From: Patescibacteria group bacterium
GTDB taxonomy: Bacteria; Patescibacteriota; Patescibacteriia; Patescibacteriales; UBA12465
Length of the DNA stretch: 64,000 bases
NCBI GenBank assembly: GCA_038323715.1
Contig: JBBQHF010000004.1
Span: 6,159-70,158 of the forward strand
Reading direction: 5' to 3'
Shown: positions 63,126 to 64,000 of the stretch, one piece after another
Layout: every line of letters begins with the position of its first letter
Numbering within the stretch: the first letter of the stretch is position 1
Program-made: the position numbers and the translations under genes
Notes under the pieces: model-generated
Seen by the model: only the letters and a program-made list of their open reading frames with translations
Database searches by the model: none
What the model was told of the DNA's origin: nothing

Positions 63126-63530
63126 ATGTTCAACAGAGAAAACAAGTTGGAAAAATTCAAAGACGCGGAAACTATCATTGGGCCCTCTATTAAAGTGAAG
63201 GGTAATTTTCATGGTCAGGGAAACATTATTATTGAGGGAACTTTAGAAGGTTCTTTAAAAACTGATGCTAACATTTTTATTGGCGAAAAAGCAAAAGTAA
63301 TTGCTAGCATTGAAGCGCGCGATTTGATTATCAACGGAAACATTAAAGGGAATATAAAAGTAAAAAATTATCTTTCACTTGGTGGAACCGCTCAAGTTAA
63401 TGGCGATATACAATATGCTGAATTATCAATTGAAAAAGGGGCAATCGTAAACGGGCAACTTCTATCAATAGTTGAAACAAATAAAAAAGGCGAAAGAGTG
63501 GAAGCTGAAATTACGGAGACAGAAGAATAA
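63126..63530 (+). CDS. Bactofilin (polymer-forming cytoskeletal protein)
   Basis: Repetitive beta-helix sequence IKVKGNFHGQGNIIIEGTLEGSLKTDANIFIGEKAKVIASIEARDLIINGNIKGNIKV. The ORF maximum starts at 63087. Confidence 0.8.
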   Translation: MFNRENKLEKFKDAETIIGPSIKVKGNFHGQGNIIIEGTLEGSLKTDANIFIGEKAKVIASIEARDLIINGNIKGNIKVKNYLSLGGTAQVNGDIQYAELSIEKGAIVNGQLLSIVETNKKGERVEAEITETEE

Positions 63531-63552
63531 TAGCTACTTCAAAAAAATTTCT

Positions 63553-64000
63553 ATGCACGTCTATATATACGACGACTATTTAAATAAAAGTAAATATAAC
63601 AAGGCTGTAAACCGCATGGAAATAAGGTTAACTGACCTTGGTTTAAATGGAAAAATTATTAGACTCGGGGGCATAAAAAACATTAAGGGAACTATCCAAA
63701 ACGAAATCAAATTAGGCGCGAAAACCATTGTCGCTGTTGGTAATAATCAAACTGTCAATAAAATTATTGGCGCGATTATTGATACTGATGTATATGGTGA
63801 TTTTCAAAAGAAAACCTTGCTCGGTATTATTCCTATCGGTGACGATAATTCCATCGCCGCCTCTTTTGGAATTAAAAATGAAGAAGATGCTTGTAACATT
63901 CTCCTCGCCCGAAGAATAGAAAAAATAGATTTAGGTTTAGCGGGAGATTATTATTTTTTAAATGAAGCCTCGATAGAAAGTCTAAATACGACGATTGATT
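63553..64000 (+). CDS. Diacylglycerol/lipid kinase catalytic-domain (YegS/BmrU-like) protein, 3' end outside the window
   Basis: My own translation from ATG 63553 stays open to the window end: MHVYIYDDYLNK...TIVAVGNNQTVNKIIGAI...LGIIPIGDDNSIAASFG. This parallels the DAGK_cat motifs (GGDGT; PxGTxNDFA), but here they are degenerate. Confidence 0.6.
   Translation, partial: MHVYIYDDYLNKSKYNKAVNRMEIRLTDLGLNGKIIRLGGIKNIKGTIQNEIKLGAKTIVAVGNNQTVNKIIGAIIDTDVYGDFQKKTLLGIIPIGDDNSIAASFGIKNEEDACNILLARRIEKIDLGLAGDYYFLNEASIESLNTTID

Noticed and set aside
63728-63919. 63-aa ORF listed by the track.
   Set aside because: It is out of frame within the longer open frame starting at ATG 63553, which shows DAGK_cat-like motifs and runs off the window.
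1-64000. An alternative genetic code (UGA or UAG reassignment, as in some candidate phyla).
   Set aside because: Conserved genes (uvrA, smc, ppsA, the PilB fusion) are uninterrupted under the standard code and end where homologs end. There is no pattern of in-frame stops.

Overview
AT-rich (roughly one-third G+C by eye), very gene-dense bacterial window read with the standard code: long ORFs are intact, so there is no sign of stop-codon reassignment. I call about 70 protein genes and 10 tRNAs (Glu-UUC, Cys-GCA, Ser-CGA, Asp-GUC, Val-UAC, Leu-GAG, Leu-UAG, Gly-UCC, Ala-GGC, Arg-CCU). There are no rRNA genes, transposases, integrases, CRISPR arrays or cas genes. Housekeeping content includes uvrA-like, tsaD, tsaE, ychF, rpsF-ssb-rpsR, efp, rplS, smc, comM/yifB, lspA, lgt, trxB and ppsA. 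This sits among many membrane glycosyltransferases, a 3D-domain protein, lipases, a bactofilin, a RodZ-like protein and isolated purine steps. By inference this mix looks like a reduced, episymbiont-type genome of the Candidate Phyla Radiation/Patescibacteria kind. All family calls come from motifs read in the translations, not from database searches. Main hunt results: (1) a tandem array of six VirB2/TrbC-like pilin paralogs (45452-48023), with a seventh copy at 40434, hypervariable exposed segments and no secretion machinery nearby; it is flanked by a GT-C/GT2 pair. (2) A 1003-aa protein that is a head-to-tail fusion of two complete PilB/GspE ATPase modules. (3) A ~180-bp, ~59% G+C island beside tRNA-Glu, bracketed by terminators, that ends in a copy of the tRNA-Glu 3' end; further copies of that 3' end lie 1.8 kb away. 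(4) A 380-bp tRNA-Ala leader with three spaced palindromes, a consensus promoter and a tRNA-Ala 5'-half pseudocopy. (5) A 17-23 nt motif repeated exactly in three intergenic regions. (6) Unusual protein architectures: an SMC with matched duplications in both coiled-coil arms and no obvious hinge, a UvrA lacking the UvrB-binding domain, a split PurH plus archaeal-type PurO, and an orphan PEP-utilizer swivel domain protein.
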